Numbered from the stretch's first letter, positions 1 to 7,106 are shown. The stretch is DNA of 48,641 nucleotides from a bacterium (GCA_030640805.1 DAOWIS010000004.1:1-48641), one strand, 5' to 3'. Made by a program: numbers and translations. Notes: a model not told the origin generated them from the letters alone.

Positions 1-653
1 GGCCAAAACCAGGAGAAATAAGTTTAGCTCATCGGGGAGTTCTATTTTTAGATGAAATGCCAGAATTCCACCGAGATGTTTTGGAAAGCTTGCGTCAACC
101 CTTAGAAGATGGAACAGTCAGTGTTGCCCGGGCTAAAGGGACTATTAGTTTTCCAGCTAAATTTATCTTAGTCGGAGCAAAAAATCCCTGCCCTTGTGGT
201 TATTTTGGCGATTCCCTTCACGAATGTACTTGTACTCTTTCTCAAATCTCTAATTATCATAAAAAAATCTCTGGGCCTCTTTTAGATAGAATTGATATTC
301 ATTTAGAAATTCCTAAAGTAAAATTTAGGGACTTAATTTCAGATAAAGCAGAGGGAGAAAGTGTCGAAATTAGAAAAAGAGTAGAAAGAGCTCGGGAAAT
401 TCAAGAAGAAAGATTTAAAAATGAAGGAATTTTTACAAATAGTGAAATGAATATCCCTTTGATTAAGAAATGTTGTCAGATTGATTCAGCCAGTCAAAAC
501 CTAATTCAAAGCGCTATCTCCCGTCTTGGACTTTCTGCTCGCTCCTACCATAAAATTTTAAAGTTAGGAAGAACTATTGCTGACCTGTCCTACTTAGAAA
601 ACATAAAATCTGAACATATTGCTGAAGCCATTCAATATCAATCTAAAAGATAA
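1..653 (+). CDS. comM: YifB/ComM-family Mg-chelatase-like AAA+ ATPase, C-terminal part (5' end lies outside the window; reading frame starts at base 3)
   Basis: The frame is open from base 3 and reads GEISLAHRGVLFLDE (Walker B-like). It continues with PEFHRDVLESLRQPLEDG..VSVARA and a CPCGYFGD..C.C zinc-ribbon-like segment, all typical of ComM/YifB. Confidence 0.85.
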   Translation, partial: PKPGEISLAHRGVLFLDEMPEFHRDVLESLRQPLEDGTVSVARAKGTISFPAKFILVGAKNPCPCGYFGDSLHECTCTLSQISNYHKKISGPLLDRIDIHLEIPKVKFRDLISDKAEGESVEIRKRVERAREIQEERFKNEGIFTNSEMNIPLIKKCCQIDSASQNLIQSAISRLGLSARSYHKILKLGRTIADLSYLENIKSEHIAEAIQYQSKR

Positions 654-656
654 TTT

Positions 657-1946
657 ATGGAAATTAAAGATATAAAAGCCAGAGAGATTTTAGATTCGCG
701 GGGAAACCCAACTCTGGAAGTTAAGATAAGGGGGAATTTTGGGATAACTCAAGCATCAGTGCCTTCGGGAGCCTCGGTAGGAAAAAATGAAGCGATAGAA
801 ATTAGAGATGGCGGAAAAAGATACAAAGGAAAAGGAGTATTAAAGGCAATAAAAAATGTTCAGGAAATTATTGGTCCTAAAATTAGAGGAGAAGATCCAA
901 GAAAACAAGGAAAAATAGACGAAATTTTAATCAATTTAGATGGAACCGAAAACAAATCAAGATTAGGAGCCAATGCTATTTGCGGGGTTTCTCTGGCAGT
1001 TTGCCGGGCCGGAGCAATGGCAGAAAAAATTCCCTTATGGAAACATATCAACCGAATATATAATCAGGAATCAGGAATCAGGAATCAGGAATCAGGAATA
1101 CCTGTTCCTTGTTTTAATATCATTAATGGCGGAATGCATGCCAGAAACGATTTAGATCTCCAAGAATTTATGATTGTTCCTCAAGACGCCTCTTTTAAAG
1201 AATCGCTAAGAATAGGCAAAGAAACTTATCTTAGCCTTAAATCAATCCTTCAAAGAGAATATGGCAAAACAAGCATCAAAATCGGGGATGAAGGAGGTTT
1301 TGCACCGCCCATCAAGAACTCTACTGAGGCTTTAAATCTTTTAGAAAAAAGCATAAAAAAAGCTGGTTATCAAGGAAAAATAAAAATTGGTTTGGATTGT
1401 GCTGCTTCTACTTTTTTCGGGAACGGGGTTTATAAAATAGAAGGAAGAACCCTTAATCGAAAAAGTCTTTTAGATTTTTATTCTCAAATGATAAAGAAAT
1501 ATCCAATAATATTTTTAGAAGATCCTTTTGACCAAGAAGATTGGCAGGGATTTCAAGACATTACTGAAAAATTTGCCCGCCTGCAACGCTGTAGCAACTG
1601 CGGGCAGGGCGAAAAAATCTTTATTATTGGGGACGATCTCCTAACCACTAACCCCAAAAGAATAAATCAAGCCAAAATAAAAAAGGCCTGTAATGGCCTT
1701 GTCTTAAAAATTAATCAAATTGGAACAGTAAGTGAGGGGCTGGAAGCAGCCAGATTGGCTTTTGAAGATAACTGGCAAGTTATGGTTGGCCACCGTTCTG
1801 GCGAAACCTCTGATGATTTTATTGCTGATTTGGCAGTAGGTATCAGCTCTAAGTGGATAAAATCCGGCGCTCCAGCTAAAAAAGAAAGAATGGCAAAATA
1901 TAACCGCCTTCTGAAAATTGAAGAAGAAATAACTACAGGGCTGTAA
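657..1946 (+). CDS. eno: Enolase (phosphopyruvate hydratase) with two atypical in-frame insertions
   Basis: Full-length match by eye to enolase motifs: REILDSRGNPT, NIINGG.HA, GDEGGFAP, GDDL..TNP, KINQIGT, SHRSGET-like GHRSGET and KYNRLL.IEEE. Confidence 0.95.
   Translation: MEIKDIKAREILDSRGNPTLEVKIRGNFGITQASVPSGASVGKNEAIEIRDGGKRYKGKGVLKAIKNVQEIIGPKIRGEDPRKQGKIDEILINLDGTENKSRLGANAICGVSLAVCRAGAMAEKIPLWKHINRIYNQESGIRNQESGIPVPCFNIINGGMHARNDLDLQEFMIVPQDASFKESLRIGKETYLSLKSILQREYGKTSIKIGDEGGFAPPIKNSTEALNLLEKSIKKAGYQGKIKIGLDCAASTFFGNGVYKIEGRTLNRKSLLDFYSQMIKKYPIIFLEDPFDQEDWQGFQDITEKFARLQRCSNCGQGEKIFIIGDDLLTTNPKRINQAKIKKACNGLVLKINQIGTVSEGLEAARLAFEDNWQVMVGHRSGETSDDFIADLAVGISSKWIKSGAPAKKERMAKYNRLLKIEEEITTGL
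1062..1096. repeat. Heptanucleotide tandem repeat (aatcagg x5) inside eno
   Basis: Five perfect direct copies were read in the sequence. They encode NQESGIRNQESGI in a loop upstream of the PVP..NIINGG motif. Confidence 0.9.
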
Positions 1947-1988
1947 TATTAGAGGGTTGTAATCTTAATAATTTCAAAGAGGTTCGTA

Positions 1989-2024
1989 TTCGGGGATAAC
2001 GTACGATCGTACGTTATCCCCGAA
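1989..2024. repeat. 36-nt perfect palindrome ttcggggataacgtacga|tcgtacgttatccccgaa (CGATCG core)
   Basis: The reverse complement equals the forward sequence over all 36 nt. A degenerate second copy lies at 37872-37907. Confidence 0.9.
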
Positions 2025-2063
2025 AGTTAATTTAGGACATTTTAGATGAAAGACGAACAAAAT

Positions 2064-2092
2064 TTGACAAATCTATGAATATTTGTTAAGAT
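2064..2092 (+). promoter_or_regulatory. Sigma70-type promoter (TTGACA-17 nt-TAAGAT) for the small lipoprotein gene
   Basis: It has a consensus -35, a 17-nt spacer and a near-consensus -10. An AAGGAGG RBS sits 8 nt before the ATG at 2139. The module is duplicated almost exactly at 2748-2776. Confidence 0.55.
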
Positions 2093-2138
2093 ATAAAAGT
2101 TAACTAGAAACTTAAAAATTTGAAAGGAGGATAAGAAA

Positions 2139-2354
2139 ATGAGGAAAATATGTTTATTGTTCCTTATCAGTCTTATCTTTTTGGTTGTTGGATGTAGGAC
2201 GAATTATACCAAAGAACGAGTGAGGGAAAAAGTTTTATCAGTAGTCAGTTCTCCGTACATCGACAGAAATGGCATAGAAGTTGTTATTTTAGTATGGACA
2301 AAAGCAAGAGACCCAGGCGGTTACTGGGACAACACAAGGTATAGCCAAGTCTAG
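2139..2354 (+). CDS. Small putative lipoprotein (71 aa as called; in-frame TAG followed by 44 more open codons to 2489)
   Basis: It has a strong RBS and a signal peptide with the lipobox-like LVVGC. A terminator hairpin follows only after 2489. Confidence 0.6.
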   Translation: MRKICLLFLISLIFLVVGCRTNYTKERVREKVLSVVSSPYIDRNGIEVVILVWTKARDPGGYWDNTRYSQV

Positions 2355-2514
2355 ACGGCATTTCCTGCAGAGAAAATTCCTGATTTTCTTCTTGGTAAAT
2401 CTTGTAATGAGAGGATAAAAATAACTTACAGGATAGTTAGTGATGACACTCCTCCCTTGATATGTATTACGGCTTTTGAACTTAAATAAATCCTCCACCA
2501 ACCAAATCCACTTG

Positions 2515-2546
2515 GGGGCGAAGAAAACTTCGTCCCTTTTGTATTT
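2515..2546 (+). terminator. Rho-independent terminator
   Basis: A 9-bp stem (ggggcgaag/cttcgtccc, including one G-U pair) closes a 4-nt loop and is followed by ttttgtattt. Confidence 0.6.
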
Positions 2547-2552
2547 CCAACC

Positions 2553-2584
2553 AAAAACAGCCCAGTGATCGGCTGTTTTTGTTT
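2553..2584. terminator. Bidirectional terminator-like hairpin
   Basis: The stem aacagcc/ggctgtt closes an 8-nt loop. An A-run lies upstream and a T-run downstream. Confidence 0.5.
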
Positions 2585-2703
2585 ACAGGCAAAAATAGAG
2601 GAAGTCAGAACCTATTTCCTTAAGACATCTGACTATATCTTTATACCAGATTTACCTCTGCCTGTAAATTATTCTTGAAATTAAGAAGAATTTGCTAATT
2701 GTC

Positions 2704-2733
2704 AGCCGCCTTTCTTGGCGGGCTTTTGTTTTA
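2704..2733 (+). terminator. Rho-independent terminator-like hairpin
   Basis: The stem agccgcc/ggcg(g)gct has one bulge and a 6-nt loop, followed by ttttgtttta. Confidence 0.5.
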
Positions 2734-2747
2734 TCTCTGGTTTTCGT

Positions 2748-2776
2748 TTGACAAATCTGGAGATATTTGTTAAGAT
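2748..2776 (+). promoter_or_regulatory. Sigma70-type promoter (TTGACA-17 nt-TAAGAT), duplicate of the one at 2064
   Basis: TTGACAAATCT..ATATTTGTTAAGATATA is shared with 2064-2095. A GAGGAGG RBS lies before the ATG at 2840. Confidence 0.55.
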
Positions 2777-2839
2777 ATAGATGGAAACTTGAAAACATAT
2801 TTAAAACATATTTAACCGTTAAATGAGGAGGTGGAAAGA

Positions 2840-3238
2840 ATGCCGACAGCATTAGTAGTTTTATTAGCTGTAGTGGTGGCCTATGTGGCTTTTAAGATAA
2901 TACAAGCATTGGTTTGGACAAAACAGTCCAAGAGAGCTGAAGAGGTCTTAAGAAAGATACATTATAAAGAAGAAGAGTACAAAATAAAGAAGGGCATCTA
3001 TTTCCCACCCGGTAGAAATCTTACTGTAAAAGCTGGAGATACGATTAAAGAATTGGGCATAAAAATTCCGTCTAATTTACCGCATATCTTTGAGATTGAT
3101 CCTTGTGGTGAACATTCTTTAGCAACAGCTACGCGGTACAAAGAAATAGGAGGTGAACTAGGATACATAGAAGAACAACAAGAATCTTTGAGTATTGATT
3201 CCAGTGGTAAAATAAAAAGGATATGGGGCGCGATTTAA
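2840..3238 (+). CDS. Hypothetical N-terminally membrane-anchored protein (132 aa from the ATG at 2840; the ORF track starts at GTG 2831)
   Basis: The GGAGG to ATG spacing is about 8 nt. It has a hydrophobic N-terminus (ALVVLLAVVVAYVAFKII) and a terminator downstream. Confidence 0.6.
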   Translation: MPTALVVLLAVVVAYVAFKIIQALVWTKQSKRAEEVLRKIHYKEEEYKIKKGIYFPPGRNLTVKAGDTIKELGIKIPSNLPHIFEIDPCGEHSLATATRYKEIGGELGYIEEQQESLSIDSSGKIKRIWGAI

Positions 3239-3281
3239 AGAATGGCAGAATAACCGGAAAAGAAAAGCAGTGCCTTTCTTA

Positions 3282-3318
3282 AAGCCAACTGGCGATAATT
3301 TCAAAAGTTGGCTTTTTT
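3282..3318. terminator. Hairpin terminator between convergent genes
   Basis: A 9-bp stem (aagccaact/agttggctt) is followed by tttttt. The T-run overlaps the stop codon of the minus-strand gene. Confidence 0.6.
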
Positions 3319-3790
3319 AATTTAGTTTCTTGTTCCAATATATTGCCTCAATTTTACGCTTAGGCCGTTTATTTTTTGTACCAAAAGTCCAATGGTGAAT
3401 TACTGGTTTTCTCAATTTAGAACTATTACTAATTGCCTTATTACTACCGATATAAAACCCAATGTGTTTATGAAAATCTCCTTTGCCAAAATCTATTGCT
3501 TCCCAAACTAATATGCTTCCGACTTTTGGTTTCTTGATGCGTTTCCAGTTAGATTTTTTAAAATCCCTTACTGTTTCTTTAACAGTTCCGTGTATTTTCC
3601 TAATTAATTTAAATAAAAGAAGTATTGAAGATACAAAAAATGCGCAAGAGAATATCCCATTTTTCGTAATATCTATTTTCTTTCCATCAATCTTGGCATA
3701 AAAATTACGGAAAAGATTAGTACCAATACTATTTCTAATAACAGCTATATAAGTTTCGTAAAAAATTGGCCTTATTTGTTTTAAAACCAT
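3317..3790 (-). CDS. Hypothetical protein, possibly a papain-fold (NlpC/P60- or CHAP-like) hydrolase
   Basis: A Cys in NGIFSCAFFVSS is followed about 60 aa later by GSILVWE....HKHIGFYIGSNKAISNSS. This resembles the Cys...His-x-G-x-Y-x-G layout of that superfamily. The assignment is tentative. Confidence 0.45.
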   Translation of the reverse strand: MVLKQIRPIFYETYIAVIRNSIGTNLFRNFYAKIDGKKIDITKNGIFSCAFFVSSILLLFKLIRKIHGTVKETVRDFKKSNWKRIKKPKVGSILVWEAIDFGKGDFHKHIGFYIGSNKAISNSSKLRKPVIHHWTFGTKNKRPKRKIEAIYWNKKLN

Positions 3791-3899
3791 ACATTTGTAT
3801 TATTGTAATTTAACCGATGCTTTTAACTCTATATTCTTTTAGTATATCAAAAAATTGCCTTCTTGGCGATAAAAAAAACAGCCCCGCGATGGGCTTCTC

Positions 3900-3930
3900 A
3901 AAAAAACGGAGGACAGTCCTCCGTTTTTTC
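3900..3930. terminator. Bidirectional rho-independent terminator
   Basis: An 8-bp stem (acggagga/tcctccgt) with a 3-nt loop is flanked by A6 and T6. It lies downstream of the minus-strand LysM-CHAP gene. Confidence 0.65.
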
Positions 3931-3969
3931 CTCCGTTTTTTTTACTCCTTTTTTTATATAGATCCAATT

Positions 3970-4980
3970 TTAATAGATATAACCTGTAATTAAAGAACTG
4001 TTTCGAGGAATGGTTCGGTAGCTTACTCTTGCCCAGCCAATATGGTTCATTTCTGAAAAACTAATTGAAGTTGGAGTTACTTTCCCAACATAAGCCACAT
4101 GGCCAAAGACCCGACCAGCCCAGCTATTGGGAGAATAGAGAGAAACTATGGCGCCGGGAACTGGCTGACATTTATTCCCAAAACAAACAGAAAAACCCAT
4201 TGCCTTGGCATTAGCCAGCCAATGCTTGGCATGCCCTGACCAAGGAACATATCTTTTTTGAGCCACCCACCAGGTACACTGGCCATAAGGAAAACGACGG
4301 GAGCCGAGATTACCTTTGGAAACTTTAGGTGAGGGAGCAGCATAGGTAACTACTATTTTCTTGGGCCGAGGCATTTCTCCATCAGGAATTATCAAAATAT
4401 CTCCCCCCTTTATTGACCCATCAGCCGGAAGATCATTAAAAGAAATTATTCTTTCTGTTTCTCCTTTATATTTCTTAGCGATTGAGGAAACATTTTCTCC
4501 TGATTTCACTTTATGTTTCACGCCAGAAAGCGGCAAAATTTCTATTTCCTGACCAGGTCTTATTATACTCCACTGGTTTAAATTATTAACCCAAAGAAGA
4601 GTATTAACAGTAATTCCAAAAGAGGCAGCAATCTCAGATGGAGTATCTCCTTCCTCTACCATATACTTAATAATCTCATCTCTTTGGTTTTGGCTTGAAA
4701 GAATAGTAAGAGGGTTAGAAAATCGAGTTAGGGTGTTCTCTTGAAAGATGGGAAAATCTAAGGGCTCGGCTATTTCTTCAGGAGTCTTTACTTCCTCCAG
4801 GTTTACCTCGGGGATAGAAATCTTAGGAGAAAGATTTATAAAAACATCAAATAAAGAAAGAGGAGAAGAGTATTGGGAACTGAAATAGACCTCCTCATTT
4901 TGGGACTGGCTATCTCCTAAAACTAAAGCAGGAATTAGAACTAAAAAAACCGCTCCTGCCCCAAAAATCAGCGGCTTCAA
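3970..4980 (-). CDS. Secreted peptidoglycan hydrolase with 2x LysM and a C-terminal CHAP domain (start revised to TTG at 4980)
   Basis: Two LysM-like repeats are present (YMVEEGDTPSEIAASFGITVNTLLWVNNL and HKVKSGENVSSIAKKY..ISFNDL). The CHAP-like C-terminus reads FPYGQCTWWVA...GHVAYV. A GGGAGGG RBS lies 8 nt before the TTG, giving MKPLIFGAGAVFLVLIPALVLG. The ORF-track N-terminal extension contains the gene's own promoter. Confidence 0.85.
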   Translation of the reverse strand: MKPLIFGAGAVFLVLIPALVLGDSQSQNEEVYFSSQYSSPLSLFDVFINLSPKISIPEVNLEEVKTPEEIAEPLDFPIFQENTLTRFSNPLTILSSQNQRDEIIKYMVEEGDTPSEIAASFGITVNTLLWVNNLNQWSIIRPGQEIEILPLSGVKHKVKSGENVSSIAKKYKGETERIISFNDLPADGSIKGGDILIIPDGEMPRPKKIVVTYAAPSPKVSKGNLGSRRFPYGQCTWWVAQKRYVPWSGHAKHWLANAKAMGFSVCFGNKCQPVPGAIVSLYSPNSWAGRVFGHVAYVGKVTPTSISFSEMNHIGWARVSYRTIPRNSSLITGYIY

Positions 4981-5090
4981 TATCTTTACCCTCCCAAATT
5001 TTCCGAAAGAAAACCTAGGAGGGTTAATTATAACATCCCTCAATTTCTTTAAAATGAGGGATTTTTTGGCGATCTTACTAATATAATGAT

Positions 5091-5118
5091 AGTATAGCAA
5101 AACAAAGGGGCGTGTCAA
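5091..5118 (-). promoter_or_regulatory. Sigma70-type promoter (TTGACA-16 nt-TATACT) for the LysM-CHAP gene
   Basis: Read on the minus strand as TTGACAcgcccctttgttttgcTATACT. It lies inside the over-extended ORF 3970..5130. Confidence 0.5.
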
Positions 5119-5163
5119 CCCCCACACCAAACAAGTAAATTATGCTAAAATACCACATAGAGC

Positions 5164-6150
5164 ATGTTTAAAATACGATTAGACCGACATCAAAGGATTT
5201 TACTGGGGTTTGGCTTAATTTTGGTTTTAGGAATTATCTTTGCCATCTTTCTTTCTGATGTGCCTTCTCCTGAATCCCCAGAGCCATTTTTCGTCACCAT
5301 CAATGACGGAGGAATAGAATACACTCTAAAAACAAAACAAAGAAATGTTTCCGATTTCCTTTCTGAGCAAAATATTATATTAGGGAAAGGGGACTTTATT
5401 ATACCTTACTTGGAATGGGGATTAGTTCCTCATGCTCATATTTTCATTCAAAGAGCAATACCAATAACCATTGAAATTAATAATTCTTTCCAAAAAATAT
5501 ACACGCAGGCAAAAACTATCTCGGCAATGTTAGAAGAAAACGGAATTTCTTTAGGAAATAAAGATCGAATAGAAATTTCTTCCTATCCCAATAATAACGA
5601 AAGAGAAATATATCCAGAAATGGAAATAAAAATTATTAGAGTAAAAGAAGAAATAATCAGCCAGATAATCTCTATTCCTTTCCAAACAATCTATCAATCA
5701 GACCCAAATTTATCTTATAAGAAAACTGAAATCAGCCAGGAAGGAAAAAAAGGAGAAAAAGAACAAATCTTAAAAATAACTTATGAAAATGGACAAGAAA
5801 CAAAAAGAGAATTATTAAAAGAAGAGACCTTGAAGCCACCGGTCGCCCGGATTGTCAAAAAAGGAACAAAAATAGAAATCGGGAAAACAGAGGAAGGAAT
5901 AGCCAGTTGGTACGATTACCCCTATTTCACTTATGAATTGCCAGCCGCCTCAAGAACCTTTCCCCGGGGAACTTATCTAAGAGTAACTAATTTAGAAAAT
6001 CAAAAATCAGTGATAGTTAAAATACGAGATTTCGGACCTGACCCTCGCCACCATCCAGAAAGAATAATTGATTTAGATATTTATGCTTTTAAAAAAATTG
6101 CCTCATCAAAAATAGGAATAATAAGGGTAAGGGTGGAGGAAATATTGTAA
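5164..6150 (+). CDS. Cell-wall-associated protein with an N-terminal anchor, DUF348/G5-like region and C-terminal RlpA-like double-psi beta-barrel
   Basis: The C-terminus GIASWYDY...AASRTFPRGTYLRVTNLENQKSVIVKIRDFGP...IIDLD..AFKKIA is typical of RlpA/3D-like lytic transglycosylase folds. The central part resembles a G5 domain. Confidence 0.7.
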   Translation: MFKIRLDRHQRILLGFGLILVLGIIFAIFLSDVPSPESPEPFFVTINDGGIEYTLKTKQRNVSDFLSEQNIILGKGDFIIPYLEWGLVPHAHIFIQRAIPITIEINNSFQKIYTQAKTISAMLEENGISLGNKDRIEISSYPNNNEREIYPEMEIKIIRVKEEIISQIISIPFQTIYQSDPNLSYKKTEISQEGKKGEKEQILKITYENGQETKRELLKEETLKPPVARIVKKGTKIEIGKTEEGIASWYDYPYFTYELPAASRTFPRGTYLRVTNLENQKSVIVKIRDFGPDPRHHPERIIDLDIYAFKKIASSKIGIIRVRVEEIL

Positions 6151-6152
6151 AT

Positions 6153-6968
6153 ATGGATTTAACTTCAAAGCGCACTATAAAACAACTATTCCGGAAATAT
6201 CATTTTCGTCCCAGTAAAAGGTTGGGTCAGTATTTTTTAATTTCTAAATCCGTCCTGAAAAAAATAATTGAGGCAGCAAGCCTAAATTTAAAAGATGTAG
6301 TAATAGAGATTGGACCGGGGATGGGAACTCTTACTGAAGAACTGGCAAAAAGGGCAAAAAAAGTAGTGGCTATAGAAAAAGATGCTAAAATGTGTGAAGT
6401 CTTAAAGGAAACATTAAAAGATTTTAAAAATGTTGAAGTTATTCAAGAAGATATATTAGCGGCAGGCTTTCGTCCTCTGCCCGCTAACTATAAAGTTGTT
6501 GCTAATTTGCCTTATTATATAACTTCGCCGGTCATTAGAAAATTCCTGGAAGCGAAAAATCCGCCTGTTCTGATGGTCTTGATGGTCCAAAAAGAAATTG
6601 CCAAAAGAATTTGTAGTGAACCGCCCAGAATGTCTCTTCTTTCTGTTTCGGTCCAATTCTATGCCAAACCTCAAGTCCTTTCTTATGTCTCTAAAAAATC
6701 TTTCTGGCCACAGCCGAAAGTAGATTCAGCTATAATAAAGTTAAAAGTTAAAAGTTCAAAGTTAAAAGTTGATAAAGATTTATTTTTTAATATCGTTAAA
6801 GCCGGATTTTCTCATCCCCGAAAACAAATAATTAATAATTTATCCAAGGGGTTAAGTCTCTCCAGAGAAAAAGTAAAGATTTGGTTAGAGAAAAACAAAA
6901 TTAGTCCAACCCAAAGAGCCGAAACCTTAAGTGTCAACGATTGGAAACATCTTACCAGATCAATTTAA
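6153..6968 (+). CDS. rsmA: 16S rRNA (adenine1518/1519-N6)-dimethyltransferase
   Basis: Motifs seen are LGQ.FL, EIGPG.G.LT and NLPYYITSPV. It has an in-frame heptamer-repeat insertion (KVKSSKLKV). Confidence 0.9.
   Translation: MDLTSKRTIKQLFRKYHFRPSKRLGQYFLISKSVLKKIIEAASLNLKDVVIEIGPGMGTLTEELAKRAKKVVAIEKDAKMCEVLKETLKDFKNVEVIQEDILAAGFRPLPANYKVVANLPYYITSPVIRKFLEAKNPPVLMVLMVQKEIAKRICSEPPRMSLLSVSVQFYAKPQVLSYVSKKSFWPQPKVDSAIIKLKVKSSKLKVDKDLFFNIVKAGFSHPRKQIINNLSKGLSLSREKVKIWLEKNKISPTQRAETLSVNDWKHLTRSI
6737..6771. repeat. Heptanucleotide tandem repeat (aaagtta-like x5) inside rsmA
   Basis: Five consecutive 7-nt units were read directly; two of them carry a single substitution. Confidence 0.85.
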
Positions 6969-7016
6969 TGTCTAATATTATATCGTTTAATATTATGTCC
7001 TTTCTGATATTATGTC

Positions 7017-7044
7017 CCTTGTACACGCATATGCGTGTACAAGG
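7017..7044. repeat. 28-nt perfect palindrome ccttgtacacgcat|atgcgtgtacaagg (CATATG core)
   Basis: The reverse complement equals the forward sequence. It lies about 50 nt after the rsmA stop. Confidence 0.9.
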
Positions 7045-7049
7045 AAACC

Positions 7050-7106
7050 TTATTGATCCCTATTGATCCCTATTGATTTCCGAAATCAATAGACAAATCA
7101 ATAGAC
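7050..7106. repeat. Compound inverted repeat: (tattgatccc)x2, ctattgatttc-c-gaaatcaatag, then a second atcaatag
   Basis: The 23-nt core hairpin at 7070-7092 recurs at 13581-13611. Confidence 0.75.

Noticed and set aside
860-1155. ORFs 860..1051 (-) and 973..1155 (+) inside eno
   Set aside because: Both lie entirely within the well-supported enolase frame, have no RBS and have low-complexity or odd composition. They are shadow ORFs.
1989-3318. Integron-like gene cassettes with the palindromes acting as attC sites
   Set aside because: No integrase or attI is present in the window. The cassettes carry their own consensus promoters, whereas integron cassettes are normally promoterless. The palindromes are perfect, lacking the extrahelical bases typical of attC.
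4981-5130. N-terminal 50 codons of ORF 3970..5130
   Set aside because: The extension starts at a TTG and contains a consensus TTGACA-16-TATACT promoter in the sense orientation. A GGGAGGG RBS followed by a TTG gives a clean signal peptide at 4980.
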